Origin: a virus
Direction: 5' to 3' (one strand)
DNA: 64,000 bases
Virus record (IMG/VR): IMGVR_UViG_3300027973_000032
Location: 32,001-96,000 of that record
Shown here: positions 36,908-45,976 of the stretch, piece after piece
How positions within the stretch are numbered: the stretch's first letter is position 1
How the letters are laid out: each line of letters begins with the position of its first letter
The notes under the pieces: generated by a model
What the model was told of the DNA's origin: nothing
Seen by the model: the letters and a program-made list of their open reading frames with translations, nothing else
Database searches by the model: none
Translations under genes and position numbers: made by a program

Positions 36908-37179
36908 TAGTCTTTCCTATGATCAATCTGTTCAGCTCTGGCTATGCGTTCATAGTCAGGTTCTAGGCCTAGTGCATGACTAACTTTGACATCAACTCTT
37001 GTTAGTTGATTGGTCATAACATCCACACGGATTTCTAAATTTTTAATAGTACTACTCATGCTATGGATACTGCTGGTCACGCCATCCAGTATGAATTTCA
37101 GTGTAAGGAATACAAAGTATCCTGCCATTAGGCTAGCAGCAATGGGAAATCCTACATCAGTGATTAATTTAAAATCCAT
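36907..37179 (-). CDS. YvrJ-like membrane/coiled-coil protein
   Basis: LITDVGFPIAAS transmembrane segment then coiled coil. Confidence 0.6.
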   Translation of the reverse strand: MDFKLITDVGFPIAASLMAGYFVFLTLKFILDGVTSSIHSMSSTIKNLEIRVDVMTNQLTRVDVKVSHALGLEPDYERIARAEQIDHRKD

Positions 37180-37235
37180 GGCTTTTCCGTTATATACATA
37201 TTTAAATGTACTCGTGGAAAAGTTAAACTAGTAGA

Positions 37236-38636
37236 TTATTCGTTAAATTTGTTTAGCAGTTGTTTTAGTTTAGTGCTTTCTACTTCGACCTTTCTAGGTG
37301 CTGACACACCTTCAGAAGGTTCATCTCTCTGTGCTGCTGAGCGTTGTTTAATAGTGTTAAGAATATTGCTGCCACTTCTAACATCTACTGGTTCAGCATC
37401 CTCATTAAGGTCACTGATACGTAGACTATCCAAATCAAAAGCCAATTCAATCTTCTGTCCAACTCCACTACTGCTACGAGTTTTCAGCAGTTGTATTTGA
37501 TATCTGCCATGATCTCGCATACCTCTGCTAATGTAAATACCAAACACGTTGTCAGCTGTTTGAATCTTACTAATACCACCGCTGATATGGCTGTGGTCAA
37601 ATTCAACTTCTTCCACTGCACCTCTGTTCAACTGCGCCGCTGTAACTAGCACACAGTTCTTTTCTACTGCCAAATTGCGTAGTTCTTCTGACACGTATTT
37701 GTCTTTGATAAACAAATTTTCAGCACTGATCTTCTTGCTCATGGGCATGAGTAAGTCCAAATAATCTACCAGTAGTACGTCAGTCTTACGTCCAATTTTA
37801 ATTTCAAATTCCTTCATGAAGCTGCGTATATCGTTAACAGTCTTGCCTGCGGGCATGTATTTGATCTGATAATTGCCGCTCTTTTTACCTATTACACGAA
37901 CCTTCATTTCTACTTCATCAATCTGTTTGAACACTTCTCTAGTACTGATTCCAGTGCTCATACTGTCTAGTCTTAGCCCCACTAGTTCTTCACTAAGTTC
38001 CAATGTCAAGTATACTACATTAAGTCCAGCTAGTGCCCAGTTAAGTCCAAGATTGGCCAAGAACAAGCTCTTACCAGCGCCTGAACCACCAGCAAAAATG
38101 TTTAGTTCACCTCTGTTAAATCCACCAAATAGTTTCTGATCTAGACTAGACCAGCCTGTACTGACCTGTCCATTTTTATCCTTAATGCGTAGTAATCTGC
38201 TACGTGGATCTTCAAAGTAGTCAGTGCCTAGATCTTTTTGCAAGCCTATTTGTACTGCTTTCTTAATGAGATCTTCCACTGGTCCATATTCGCCTTGTTC
38301 CAGCAAATCAGCACTGGCCAATATGGCTCTGCCCAAGCTTTTGTGTCTAATAAAAGTTTCAAAGCTGGTCAGTAGCCAGTCATAGTGTTGTTCTTCTAGT
38401 TCGCCAACTTCTTTAATTTCAATGCCAGTGGCAGCAGTCACTATGTCGTAAGTGGGCATGATGCTATGATTAGTCACATAGTCATGTATAAATTTTGCTG
38501 CTGGTTGTAGTTTACGATCAAACAGTTCACTGTCAAAAATGCTTTGGCAGCGTACAAAGGTAGCGCTGTCACTCAGCATCATTTCCAAGTATAGTTTCTG
38601 TACGTCGTAGCCGTATTCTGGATTCTGTGTAGCCAT
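37236..38636 (-). CDS. dnaB: Replicative helicase, DnaB/T4 gp41-like
   Basis: STGW..LD, GGSGAGKS, TLELSE, LLVDYLDL, TAAQLNR, KTR. Confidence 0.9.
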   Translation of the reverse strand: MATQNPEYGYDVQKLYLEMMLSDSATFVRCQSIFDSELFDRKLQPAAKFIHDYVTNHSIMPTYDIVTAATGIEIKEVGELEEQHYDWLLTSFETFIRHKSLGRAILASADLLEQGEYGPVEDLIKKAVQIGLQKDLGTDYFEDPRSRLLRIKDKNGQVSTGWSSLDQKLFGGFNRGELNIFAGGSGAGKSLFLANLGLNWALAGLNVVYLTLELSEELVGLRLDSMSTGISTREVFKQIDEVEMKVRVIGKKSGNYQIKYMPAGKTVNDIRSFMKEFEIKIGRKTDVLLVDYLDLLMPMSKKISAENLFIKDKYVSEELRNLAVEKNCVLVTAAQLNRGAVEEVEFDHSHISGGISKIQTADNVFGIYISRGMRDHGRYQIQLLKTRSSSGVGQKIELAFDLDSLRISDLNEDAEPVDVRSGSNILNTIKQRSAAQRDEPSEGVSAPRKVEVESTKLKQLLNKFNE

Positions 38637-38653
38637 ACTATATTATAACTTCT

Positions 38654-39601
38654 TTAAACGTTAATTTCAATGTGTTTGACAGGATCCCATTTATAATCCC
38701 ATACTCTTTGTGTTGTATGATATAGTACTGCGCCAATGCTGCTACTTGGATCTCCTGGATTTGGCAAGCTCCATCTATACTTAAACAATGGTTCAACTAC
38801 AGATTTATTAGCCTTGCTATTCATAGCACATCCTCCCATATAAACTAAACAATCTGTATTAGTAAGTTGTTTTGCTGTGGTCATTACCATTTTAACTTGC
38901 TCTTCAAATACCTGTTGTACTGCGGCTGCCAAATCGCATTGTTCTTCTAATGTTGTTAATTCATTATGTTCCCAACGCAATACTCCTCGATGAAAGTTTG
39001 TATTAGAGTTCAATACACTAGCATTAAAGTAACTTCTTACATACTGTAAGAATTTAGATGGGCTGCCTCGCTCTGCCATTTGTTGTAGTAAATATTCATC
39101 TTTGATCGGAGTTAATCCTACAAATTTTGTGAATGCACTGTAGAACAATCCAAGACTATGTGGATAACTTCGACGCCATACCTTTGTCATTTTGCCTTGA
39201 GCACATTTCCATATGGTAGCACATTCAAATTCTCCAATTGCATCTAATACAACTACTGCACAATTATCGAAGGGGCTAGTATAATAGCCTGCGGCAGCGT
39301 GGCTACCATGATGTGGAGTATAAGTCACAGGAACATAATTAAACTGTGTTAGATGGCGTTTAGGCAATACCTGCATGTCCAATGCTGTTGAATATTGGCC
39401 AGCATAGAATTGCCTTGCTTTTTTAAGCCAAGGTCTTTCGTACCAAAAAATACGATTGGGCTGACCATGGGCCAATGCTGAATTATATAGAGTACTATCT
39501 ATGTAATCCAAAGTACTTGTAGTCTGTGACAGTAGTTTTCCCTCTTTAAACACAGCAAGACTACTGCCGTGATTAAGAGCGTTTATGCCCCAGTTAATCA
39601 T
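38654..39601 (-). CDS. Carbamoyltransferase N-terminal (CmcH/NodU, Kae1-like) domain only
   Basis: HGSS, HHGSHAAAGYY.SPF, DAIGE, PHSLGLFYSAFT, GGCAMN, PGDPSSSIGA. Confidence 0.8.
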   Translation of the reverse strand: MINWGINALNHGSSLAVFKEGKLLSQTTSTLDYIDSTLYNSALAHGQPNRIFWYERPWLKKARQFYAGQYSTALDMQVLPKRHLTQFNYVPVTYTPHHGSHAAAGYYTSPFDNCAVVVLDAIGEFECATIWKCAQGKMTKVWRRSYPHSLGLFYSAFTKFVGLTPIKDEYLLQQMAERGSPSKFLQYVRSYFNASVLNSNTNFHRGVLRWEHNELTTLEEQCDLAAAVQQVFEEQVKMVMTTAKQLTNTDCLVYMGGCAMNSKANKSVVEPLFKYRWSLPNPGDPSSSIGAVLYHTTQRVWDYKWDPVKHIEINV

Positions 39602-39714
39602 TTGTAGATAAATGGATCACGTTTGCGTAATTCTTCAAGACGACGTTTAAATCGTTGACGTTCTTGCCAACGATGATACGGATACAATATGAAATTTTTA
39701 ATTTTTTCTAGCAT
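39598..39714 (-). CDS. Small basic protein (38 aa) ending RDPFIYK
   Basis: Hand translation; overlaps the primase stop and the carbamoyltransferase start. Confidence 0.55.
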   Translation of the reverse strand: MLEKIKNFILYPYHRWQERQRFKRRLEELRKRDPFIYK

Positions 39715-40667
39715 TTAAACCACTCCCTAGCTATTAATTTTATTTTAACGTCGTTGGTAATTTCAGCTTGTTTAATCATCAACAACGTGGTCAATTTACC
39801 ATATGTTCGAACTGCATCATTGATATCTTTTATGCCTTCATCCCAGTTAGGCATACTCACTGACCAATTATATTTAACGGCTTCTTCTACTAATTTTTTA
39901 CCTGCATCGTCTCTATCTGGGACTAGAATAATTCTTTTGTTTAACCGTTCAATAATGTATCTTTGTTGACTGTTTATTTCTGATCCCATAATAGAAACTG
40001 CATCAATACTTATAGCATCTAATGGACCTTCACAAACAATTATGCAATTTCTATCAGTTTGATGATCCAAATTAAAAACGTATCCTGGTTGTTGTTCACT
40101 CAAGTATTTGGGAGTGCCTGATCTAATATGTCTAGCAGTATATCCTACAATGCGATTTTGATAGTAAAATGGCACAATCAATCTACTGACAAAAGCAGGT
40201 TCAGGACTCCAATAAAATTTATAATCCTCAAGATATAAGTTTCTACTCAGTAAGTATTCTAATACTGGGATTAAGCTTTCAGGTGGATCATTTATATAGT
40301 TTTCAATAGGTTCTGCGCCTATGGGTAATGATTTGGTCAAAAATGTAGGTGTTAGCTGTTTGGGCGTATATGAGTCTGAATTCTGTTCTCTTAGTGCTTC
40401 AATAAAACATTTGGAAATAATGTCATCAGGTACATGCAGTTGTTGCATGAGTTTGTGTAATTTGGAACTAATTGTTCTACCAGGTTGCCAACTGGCTTTG
40501 AAACCGCAGTTAAAGCAATGATAGCTAATGACTTCATTTTCCATAATAATGCCACCACGTTGCCTATCATCTTGGCAGCAAGGTGCATTGAAACTGATCC
40601 AGCCGCTGGGAGTTTGTTTTCTTTTAGGCGGCAGATAATTGGTGATTATTTCACTGACATAGCTCAT
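39708..40667 (-). CDS. dnaG: DNA primase (zinc-binding plus TOPRIM), T4 gp61/DnaG-like
   Basis: PCC..YHCFNCG, VGYTAR, VCEGPLDA, PDRDDAG, KDINDA. Confidence 0.87.
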   Translation of the reverse strand: MSYVSEIITNYLPPKRKQTPSGWISFNAPCCQDDRQRGGIIMENEVISYHCFNCGFKASWQPGRTISSKLHKLMQQLHVPDDIISKCFIEALREQNSDSYTPKQLTPTFLTKSLPIGAEPIENYINDPPESLIPVLEYLLSRNLYLEDYKFYWSPEPAFVSRLIVPFYYQNRIVGYTARHIRSGTPKYLSEQQPGYVFNLDHQTDRNCIIVCEGPLDAISIDAVSIMGSEINSQQRYIIERLNKRIILVPDRDDAGKKLVEEAVKYNWSVSMPNWDEGIKDINDAVRTYGKLTTLLMIKQAEITNDVKIKLIAREWFKC

Positions 40668-40675
40668 GCTATATT

Positions 40676-41500
40676 TTACACACTTAGTATAGCGTAGTCA
40701 ACTTTTCCGGTGGTATTAGTGTATTTTAATCTAAGATAAGTAACTTCGGTTACGTCTATGTTATCAAATATTACGGGAGTATTTCTTGCTTGTGTAAATG
40801 TTTGAGTTTGAATTGGATCTTTCAAAAATGATTCGTGGCTAAAAGTTTCAGTTTGCGTTGACTGTATACTAATTGTACCTATAAAGTCTGTGACATATGC
40901 TGTGACTTTTAAAGTAGTGGTCGGTACAGCTTCATAAAATCTCACAGGCATGGAGTCGCTATAGTAGGTAATAATGTGGTTTTGATTTGTTTGGTAGTTG
41001 GTTTCTTGTTTAAAGTTATCGTAGCGTTTGTTTAGACTGGGTTTGGCATTCAAGCCATTAAGTAAGTCAATAGTACCTCTGGCTCCATATTTGCTGTCGC
41101 CATAGAGTATTTCCAGTGTGGCATCCTCATTGTGCATATAAACAATAAAGCTAAAAGATTGAGGAATCAGATTTTCTAAATCAGTGCTCATTATGTTTAT
41201 TCTTGCTAGTCCTTTGCTGGTTTGACTGCTATCATCTTCCAAATTAGTAGCAAGGTATCTATTAACTTCGTTATTAGCTTGATCAAAAATAACCATATAA
41301 ATCTGTTTGCCCAATAGACTAATACGTTTTTGATCATTATTTTTAACGTCTACTTCCAAGACATTATCAATGCCTTTATAAATTTTTATTGTACGTTGAT
41401 ACACGATACGCCACTCCACTTGGTCATTGTTAGATTCTTCATCCAAATTGGTGAGTAACTGGATTCGATTTGGATATAAATAACTTGATATTTTTTGCAT
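40676..41500 (-). CDS. Beta-rich hypothetical protein, possibly structural
   Basis: KIYKGIDN..KNNDQK; TAAATA upstream. Confidence 0.6.
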   Translation of the reverse strand: MQKISSYLYPNRIQLLTNLDEESNNDQVEWRIVYQRTIKIYKGIDNVLEVDVKNNDQKRISLLGKQIYMVIFDQANNEVNRYLATNLEDDSSQTSKGLARINIMSTDLENLIPQSFSFIVYMHNEDATLEILYGDSKYGARGTIDLLNGLNAKPSLNKRYDNFKQETNYQTNQNHIITYYSDSMPVRFYEAVPTTTLKVTAYVTDFIGTISIQSTQTETFSHESFLKDPIQTQTFTQARNTPVIFDNIDVTEVTYLRLKYTNTTGKVDYAILSV

Positions 41501-41520
41501 AGTATCACCTAATATTATTT

Positions 41521-41898
41521 ATGACAATAAAACTCAAGGATGTAGCCCAAGAAAATTTTCCATTTATCAGTGTTATCAATTACGGTGACAATGAATATGT
41601 GGGTATCATTATCAATCAAGATCAGCATGTGACCAGTTTCTACGACATCAATGCCATACATAATGTTGACGATAAAAACCAGTTCCTACTCATGGGAGAA
41701 ACATGGTGGTGGGAAAGCAATAGACAAATACCCATAAATATATTTCTCAAAACAGAAATAGAGCAATTCAAATATTGTATTAAGACATTCAATAGTAAGG
41801 GTGTTAGAATAGTTCTAGGACCCACAGTAAACGTCTTAAATCTCAGCTATAAACGACCCAAACGTAAGAGTGTAGAATTAGTTAGACGAGTAGATTAA
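41521..41898 (+). CDS. Phage hypothetical protein
   Basis: FPFIS..EYVGIIINQD..WWWESNRQIPINIFLK. Confidence 0.7.
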   Translation: MTIKLKDVAQENFPFISVINYGDNEYVGIIINQDQHVTSFYDINAIHNVDDKNQFLLMGETWWWESNRQIPINIFLKTEIEQFKYCIKTFNSKGVRIVLGPTVNVLNLSYKRPKRKSVELVRRVD

Positions 41899-42458
41899 CC
41901 ATAGTCGTAGCTAACGCTTTCACAGATTAAATTCATCTGCACTACCACAGCCATAGCATAGGCAATGGCATGTGCTTTCTTAAAATAATATTCGTTGTTG
42001 TCAGGTTTCGTCCAAACTTGACTCATGATCTCCGTCCATGATTTCCCAATCAAATGTTTCTTTGCTGGGCGGATCATAGCTAGGACGGCAGCTAATTGTT
42101 CCAAAGAAGTTGGGCAATTCATCTTCAAAATTGAACTGTGGCCATTCAAATGAAATAGTAGATCCACAAATTCTTGTTGTTCGAGTAGGTCCCATAGTGG
42201 TTCAGTCTCCATTAAAGTTTTAAGATGTAGTTCATCTCTAATGTCTTTATAAACATTGAGATTTAAAAAATCAATTTTAAAATATCCTCTATTTTCCGCT
42301 GTTTTATAATCTATACTGGCAATATTATTTACTGGATCATGTGGTATATGTTGTGCGTATATGCCTGTATTATGATGTGCGTGATCTCTTCTTGCTCTAA
42401 TATGTGGTATAATATTTAATATTTTTTCTCTATTTGCAAAGTCTATATCAATGTCCAT
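41895..42458 (-). CDS. Miniature DNA polymerase III alpha (DnaE) core fragment
   Basis: Ordered DnaE motifs: DIDIDF, HNTG, GYFKIDFL, LAMIRP, YYFKKAHAIAY. Confidence 0.75.
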   Translation of the reverse strand: MDIDIDFANREKILNIIPHIRARRDHAHHNTGIYAQHIPHDPVNNIASIDYKTAENRGYFKIDFLNLNVYKDIRDELHLKTLMETEPLWDLLEQQEFVDLLFHLNGHSSILKMNCPTSLEQLAAVLAMIRPAKKHLIGKSWTEIMSQVWTKPDNNEYYFKKAHAIAYAMAVVVQMNLICESVSYDYG

Positions 42459-42622
42459 TAATGCGCTACCTCGCTATTGAAGAAAATTAATCTAGCATGT
42501 TTATGTAAGAATTCACAATATTTTTCTGCGTCCTCTAGGGTGTCAAATCCTTTTAATGCAACATGAACGGATTTTTCATCCTCATCAATTTCAAAACTTA
42601 TTTCTAATTTAGTATAGTTCAT
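42458..42622 (-). CDS. Hypothetical protein (54 aa)
   Basis: Hand translation MNYTKLEISF..; fills the gap with overlapping ends. Confidence 0.55.
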   Translation of the reverse strand: MNYTKLEISFEIDEDEKSVHVALKGFDTLEDAEKYCEFLHKHARLIFFNSEVAH

Positions 42623-43299
42623 AAATTACTTTCTTTGGCAATTTGCCTAGCAAAATCCGCATCATCTGGCATGGTTCTAAATTTTTTATACCAAAAATTT
42701 GGATCAATAGTTGTGCCAATCGACACCAATTGTTCATCATTTAATGTGGTCAATAACTTTTTACCAGTGTCGCTGTTCAATAAAATCCAAGGGCTAATTT
42801 TTCCATCTTTAATGTCAAAAGTTGCTCTATTTGTGGACACATAAAGAAAATAATGATTCCAAACGCTGTCATGTGTACTAGCCCAATCATTCATGTGCAT
42901 TATGGATCTTTGTAGGGCAACTTCAACAGGTTCGTTTTTAATCAAATTTAATATGTATTCTTCATATAAACTTTCTCTACACCAATGATCTAGTTTTACT
43001 CCGCTAGTAACCACATAGTCAATGTATTTTTCTGGATATAATGGATTTACATTACTTAGAAAACTGCCAAACTTAACAAAGGCATTATAGTAAGGACTTT
43101 GTGCGAATTCTTCGTAGGTTTTTGTTTTATCATTCTTTTGAGCAAGTTTATAAAATTTATCGTATGTTTGATAGGCCAGTTGTACATGTTTTTCATTTTT
43201 GGCCAAGTGTCTACGTTTTTGTTCACACATATGTACAAACAAAGTTTTTTCTTTGGTAAACTTTGCATTACAGTGGTCACAATTATATGCTATGGTCAT
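42619..43299 (-). CDS. Hypothetical protein with N-terminal zinc finger
   Basis: YNCDHC..F..EKTL..HMC. Confidence 0.7.
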   Translation of the reverse strand: MTIAYNCDHCNAKFTKEKTLFVHMCEQKRRHLAKNEKHVQLAYQTYDKFYKLAQKNDKTKTYEEFAQSPYYNAFVKFGSFLSNVNPLYPEKYIDYVVTSGVKLDHWCRESLYEEYILNLIKNEPVEVALQRSIMHMNDWASTHDSVWNHYFLYVSTNRATFDIKDGKISPWILLNSDTGKKLLTTLNDEQLVSIGTTIDPNFWYKKFRTMPDDADFARQIAKESNL

Positions 43300-43763
43300 G
43301 GAAAATATTTTTTAATTTCTTCGTCACTCCATCCAAAACTAACAGCTAATTCTTTTAATTCTTTAGTGGAATTAATTTTAGCCAAGGTTTCAATATCACT
43401 AGATTTTAGTTCAGGATAAAGTATTTCTAAAAATTTTGTTTTTTTGTTATTGCCAGTTTTCTTTTTAAAACCAATCCATTCATGAAAATAGTTTTCCTTA
43501 GTTTCATAACCACACATGCAAAGCAGTTGCCAAAGCAATTTGGGATGTTTGCTCAATGAATAAAAATGTTTGTTGAAATATTCATTAGTGGCCAACACAT
43601 AATGTTCTTGAATATCTCTTTTAGGATTTTTTACTGAACTAACGTATCGATTCAAAAGAAAGAATTTTACCTCTTTTCTTTGTTCATCGTCAAGTAGATC
43701 CCAAATATCTCTGCCACCTTGATCGATAGCAGATAGTATTTCACTTAGTGTTATTTTGCTCAT
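43296..43763 (-). CDS. Probable clamp-loader small subunit (T4 gp62-like)
   Basis: FLLNRYVS..NEYFN..W.GFKK pattern; size and replication-gene context. Confidence 0.5.
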   Translation of the reverse strand: MSKITLSEILSAIDQGGRDIWDLLDDEQRKEVKFFLLNRYVSSVKNPKRDIQEHYVLATNEYFNKHFYSLSKHPKLLWQLLCMCGYETKENYFHEWIGFKKKTGNNKKTKFLEILYPELKSSDIETLAKINSTKELKELAVSFGWSDEEIKKYFP

Positions 43764-44001
43764 GATTGCCACTTAATTTGTGTATTAGTATAGCACGATC
43801 AAGGGCCTTTTGTAAAGTAGGATTGGTCTTCGCTGCTGCTCTAATCTCTTGCCAAAGCATAGTTTGTTCAGCTTCCACAAGCAGATCACGTGCTCGTTCA
43901 CTTATGGAGTGAAGTTTTCGATCAGTAGATCCAAATGGCCTACTGTAAACAGTTTCACCTCCATCAGGACTTTCGTAAACTATCCTATCTTGATTTATCA
44001 T
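43741..44001 (-). CDS. Hypothetical protein
   Basis: YESPDGGETVYSR..NPTLQKAL. Confidence 0.65.
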   Translation of the reverse strand: MINQDRIVYESPDGGETVYSRPFGSTDRKLHSISERARDLLVEAEQTMLWQEIRAAAKTNPTLQKALDRAILIHKLSGNHEQNNTK

Positions 44002-44504
44002 AATATTTTACTTACATCTATGAGTTCACTTTGACGACTGACTTCCTTGATAAAAAACACGCATTCTGGTTTTTCTTCAAATCCCATCGGGGTAACCAAT
44101 AATTGATTGTTACGCATTTTAGGAAAGTACCATTTGACATCATTGTAAAAATTTACTATTTCAATCGGTCTATAATCGATTTTAAAACTGCTTAGAGGGT
44201 TAAAAGCAATTGCGTCAAATCCTCTGTCATTCAAGCTGGTCAATGGTAAGATTTCTGCATCTATGTTACTGGTACTGTCGCCCACAGCAATACTCCAATC
44301 TATGGGCATGGAGATTTCGTTGTCACCAATTCTTAGTACAATTGCTGGACTATTAAAACTTTCTAAAAAGATCAAGGGTACAAAAAAGAAATCTGGGTTT
44401 TTTGGATCACTGTTGTCTAGTACTGCAAACCGAGTATTTTCGTCTACTTGTTCTGGAAGATTATTCAATGAGAACAATTTATTTTCTAATGTTAGTATCT
44501 GCAT
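43998..44504 (-). CDS. Phage hypothetical protein
   Basis: Intact ORF in the replication operon. Confidence 0.7.
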   Translation of the reverse strand: MQILTLENKLFSLNNLPEQVDENTRFAVLDNSDPKNPDFFFVPLIFLESFNSPAIVLRIGDNEISMPIDWSIAVGDSTSNIDAEILPLTSLNDRGFDAIAFNPLSSFKIDYRPIEIVNFYNDVKWYFPKMRNNQLLVTPMGFEEKPECVFFIKEVSRQSELIDVSKIL

Positions 44505-44506
44505 GA

Positions 44507-45976
44507 TTATTTTTGCCAATCTATCTTTTCTAAAGAGAAAGGATATTGTGCGTCCTTATAAAATTTTTTGCGTTCTGTGAGATGACGTTTGGCAAATTTG
44601 CAAGTGCTGGTAATATCCCAAATTTTCACAAAGTCTTTGTCTTCGGCTCTTCTAATTCCTCTTCCAATGCTTTGAATAACTCGGACAAAACTTTTTCCTG
44701 GTTCCAAAAGGACCAGATTAAAAATCCTGGGTATATTAATCCCAACGGCAGCAACGCCATAAGTGGCCACGATAATTTTGTTGTCACTTGTTTTAATTTC
44801 GTCATATTCTTCTTTCCTATCTTTGGTCTTTACTTCGCCTGAAATAAACACACTGTCTTCGATTTCATTTACTATAAATTTGCCTGAGTCTATTCTGTTT
44901 ACTAATACTAGTGTGTTGCCTGAGTCTGCTATTTGTTTGATTAATTTACTTACGAAGATCATTCTGTCTTCATCTGTAACAAGATACTTTAATTCTTCTG
45001 CATATGTCCTAAATTCAGCCACATCCAACAATTGTGAAATGGTAACGTGGCAATTACTAAGCACACCTTTTTCCTGCAATTCATGTGCAGCAATGCCTCC
45101 AACTACTGGCCCAATTGATGCAAAAATCACTTCGCTTTCATGTTTGGCTTTGGGAACAGTACCAGTCAAACCCCAACGTATACAAGCATTATTCAAGTTA
45201 CGTGTCAGTAAGTTCTTTAGTACATCTGCTTTGGCCATGTGTACTTCGTCAACAATTACTGCTCTAACACCGTCTAAAAATTCAGCCAAAGTCAGTTGAT
45301 CCTCTACTGCACCTTTGCTTTTTTTATCTAGTATATTGAGGCTTTGCCAAGTACAGATTGTATGAGTTTTGTTTAAATCTTTGCGATCACCATAGTATAC
45401 ACCCACATCTAATCCTACGTTAATATAGTCTTCCTCTGTTTGTTCTACTAGGCTTTTGTTGGGAACAATAGTAATAGTTCTGCCATATTGTTCACATAAT
45501 TGACTCAATGTGGCAGTGGTAATTGTTTTGCCAGCGCCTGTGGCAATTTCCTGTAAACTATGTGGATTTTTTAAGAATGTATTAATTGCGTCAACTTGAT
45601 AATCACGTAGTAAAATAGGCTGACCTGCCATTTGATGCCCTTCTGGCCATACTTTACCCTGATCTTTCCAATATGTTTCTGTTACAGGTTGAAAGTCAAT
45701 GTTTATAGCTGTCCTGTTGTCATTGACGTCAGTAACTTCAATTTTCATCTCTTCCAGCAGTTCTAATATCTTTTCTATTTGATACAAGTAACCACTGCCG
45801 CCAATACTAAACATGCTAATTGAGCCGTCCCAGCGTCCTAATTTGTAACTGGGACGATGTCTTGCAGTGGGATCTTGAAATTTAAAAGTATTAGCCAACT
45901 TTCTTCGTGCTTCAATAGGAAGCCCTTCCAGTTTGATGTTTACTTCATCCTTAATGATTAATTTACATGATGTCAT
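44507..45976 (-). CDS. uvsW: UvsW-like SF2 DNA helicase
   Basis: LRDYQ, ATGAGKT, DEVH, GLTGT, QSIGRGIR. Confidence 0.9.
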   Translation of the reverse strand: MTSCKLIIKDEVNIKLEGLPIEARRKLANTFKFQDPTARHRPSYKLGRWDGSISMFSIGGSGYLYQIEKILELLEEMKIEVTDVNDNRTAINIDFQPVTETYWKDQGKVWPEGHQMAGQPILLRDYQVDAINTFLKNPHSLQEIATGAGKTITTATLSQLCEQYGRTITIVPNKSLVEQTEEDYINVGLDVGVYYGDRKDLNKTHTICTWQSLNILDKKSKGAVEDQLTLAEFLDGVRAVIVDEVHMAKADVLKNLLTRNLNNACIRWGLTGTVPKAKHESEVIFASIGPVVGGIAAHELQEKGVLSNCHVTISQLLDVAEFRTYAEELKYLVTDEDRMIFVSKLIKQIADSGNTLVLVNRIDSGKFIVNEIEDSVFISGEVKTKDRKEEYDEIKTSDNKIIVATYGVAAVGINIPRIFNLVLLEPGKSFVRVIQSIGRGIRRAEDKDFVKIWDITSTCKFAKRHLTERKKFYKDAQYPFSLEKIDWQK

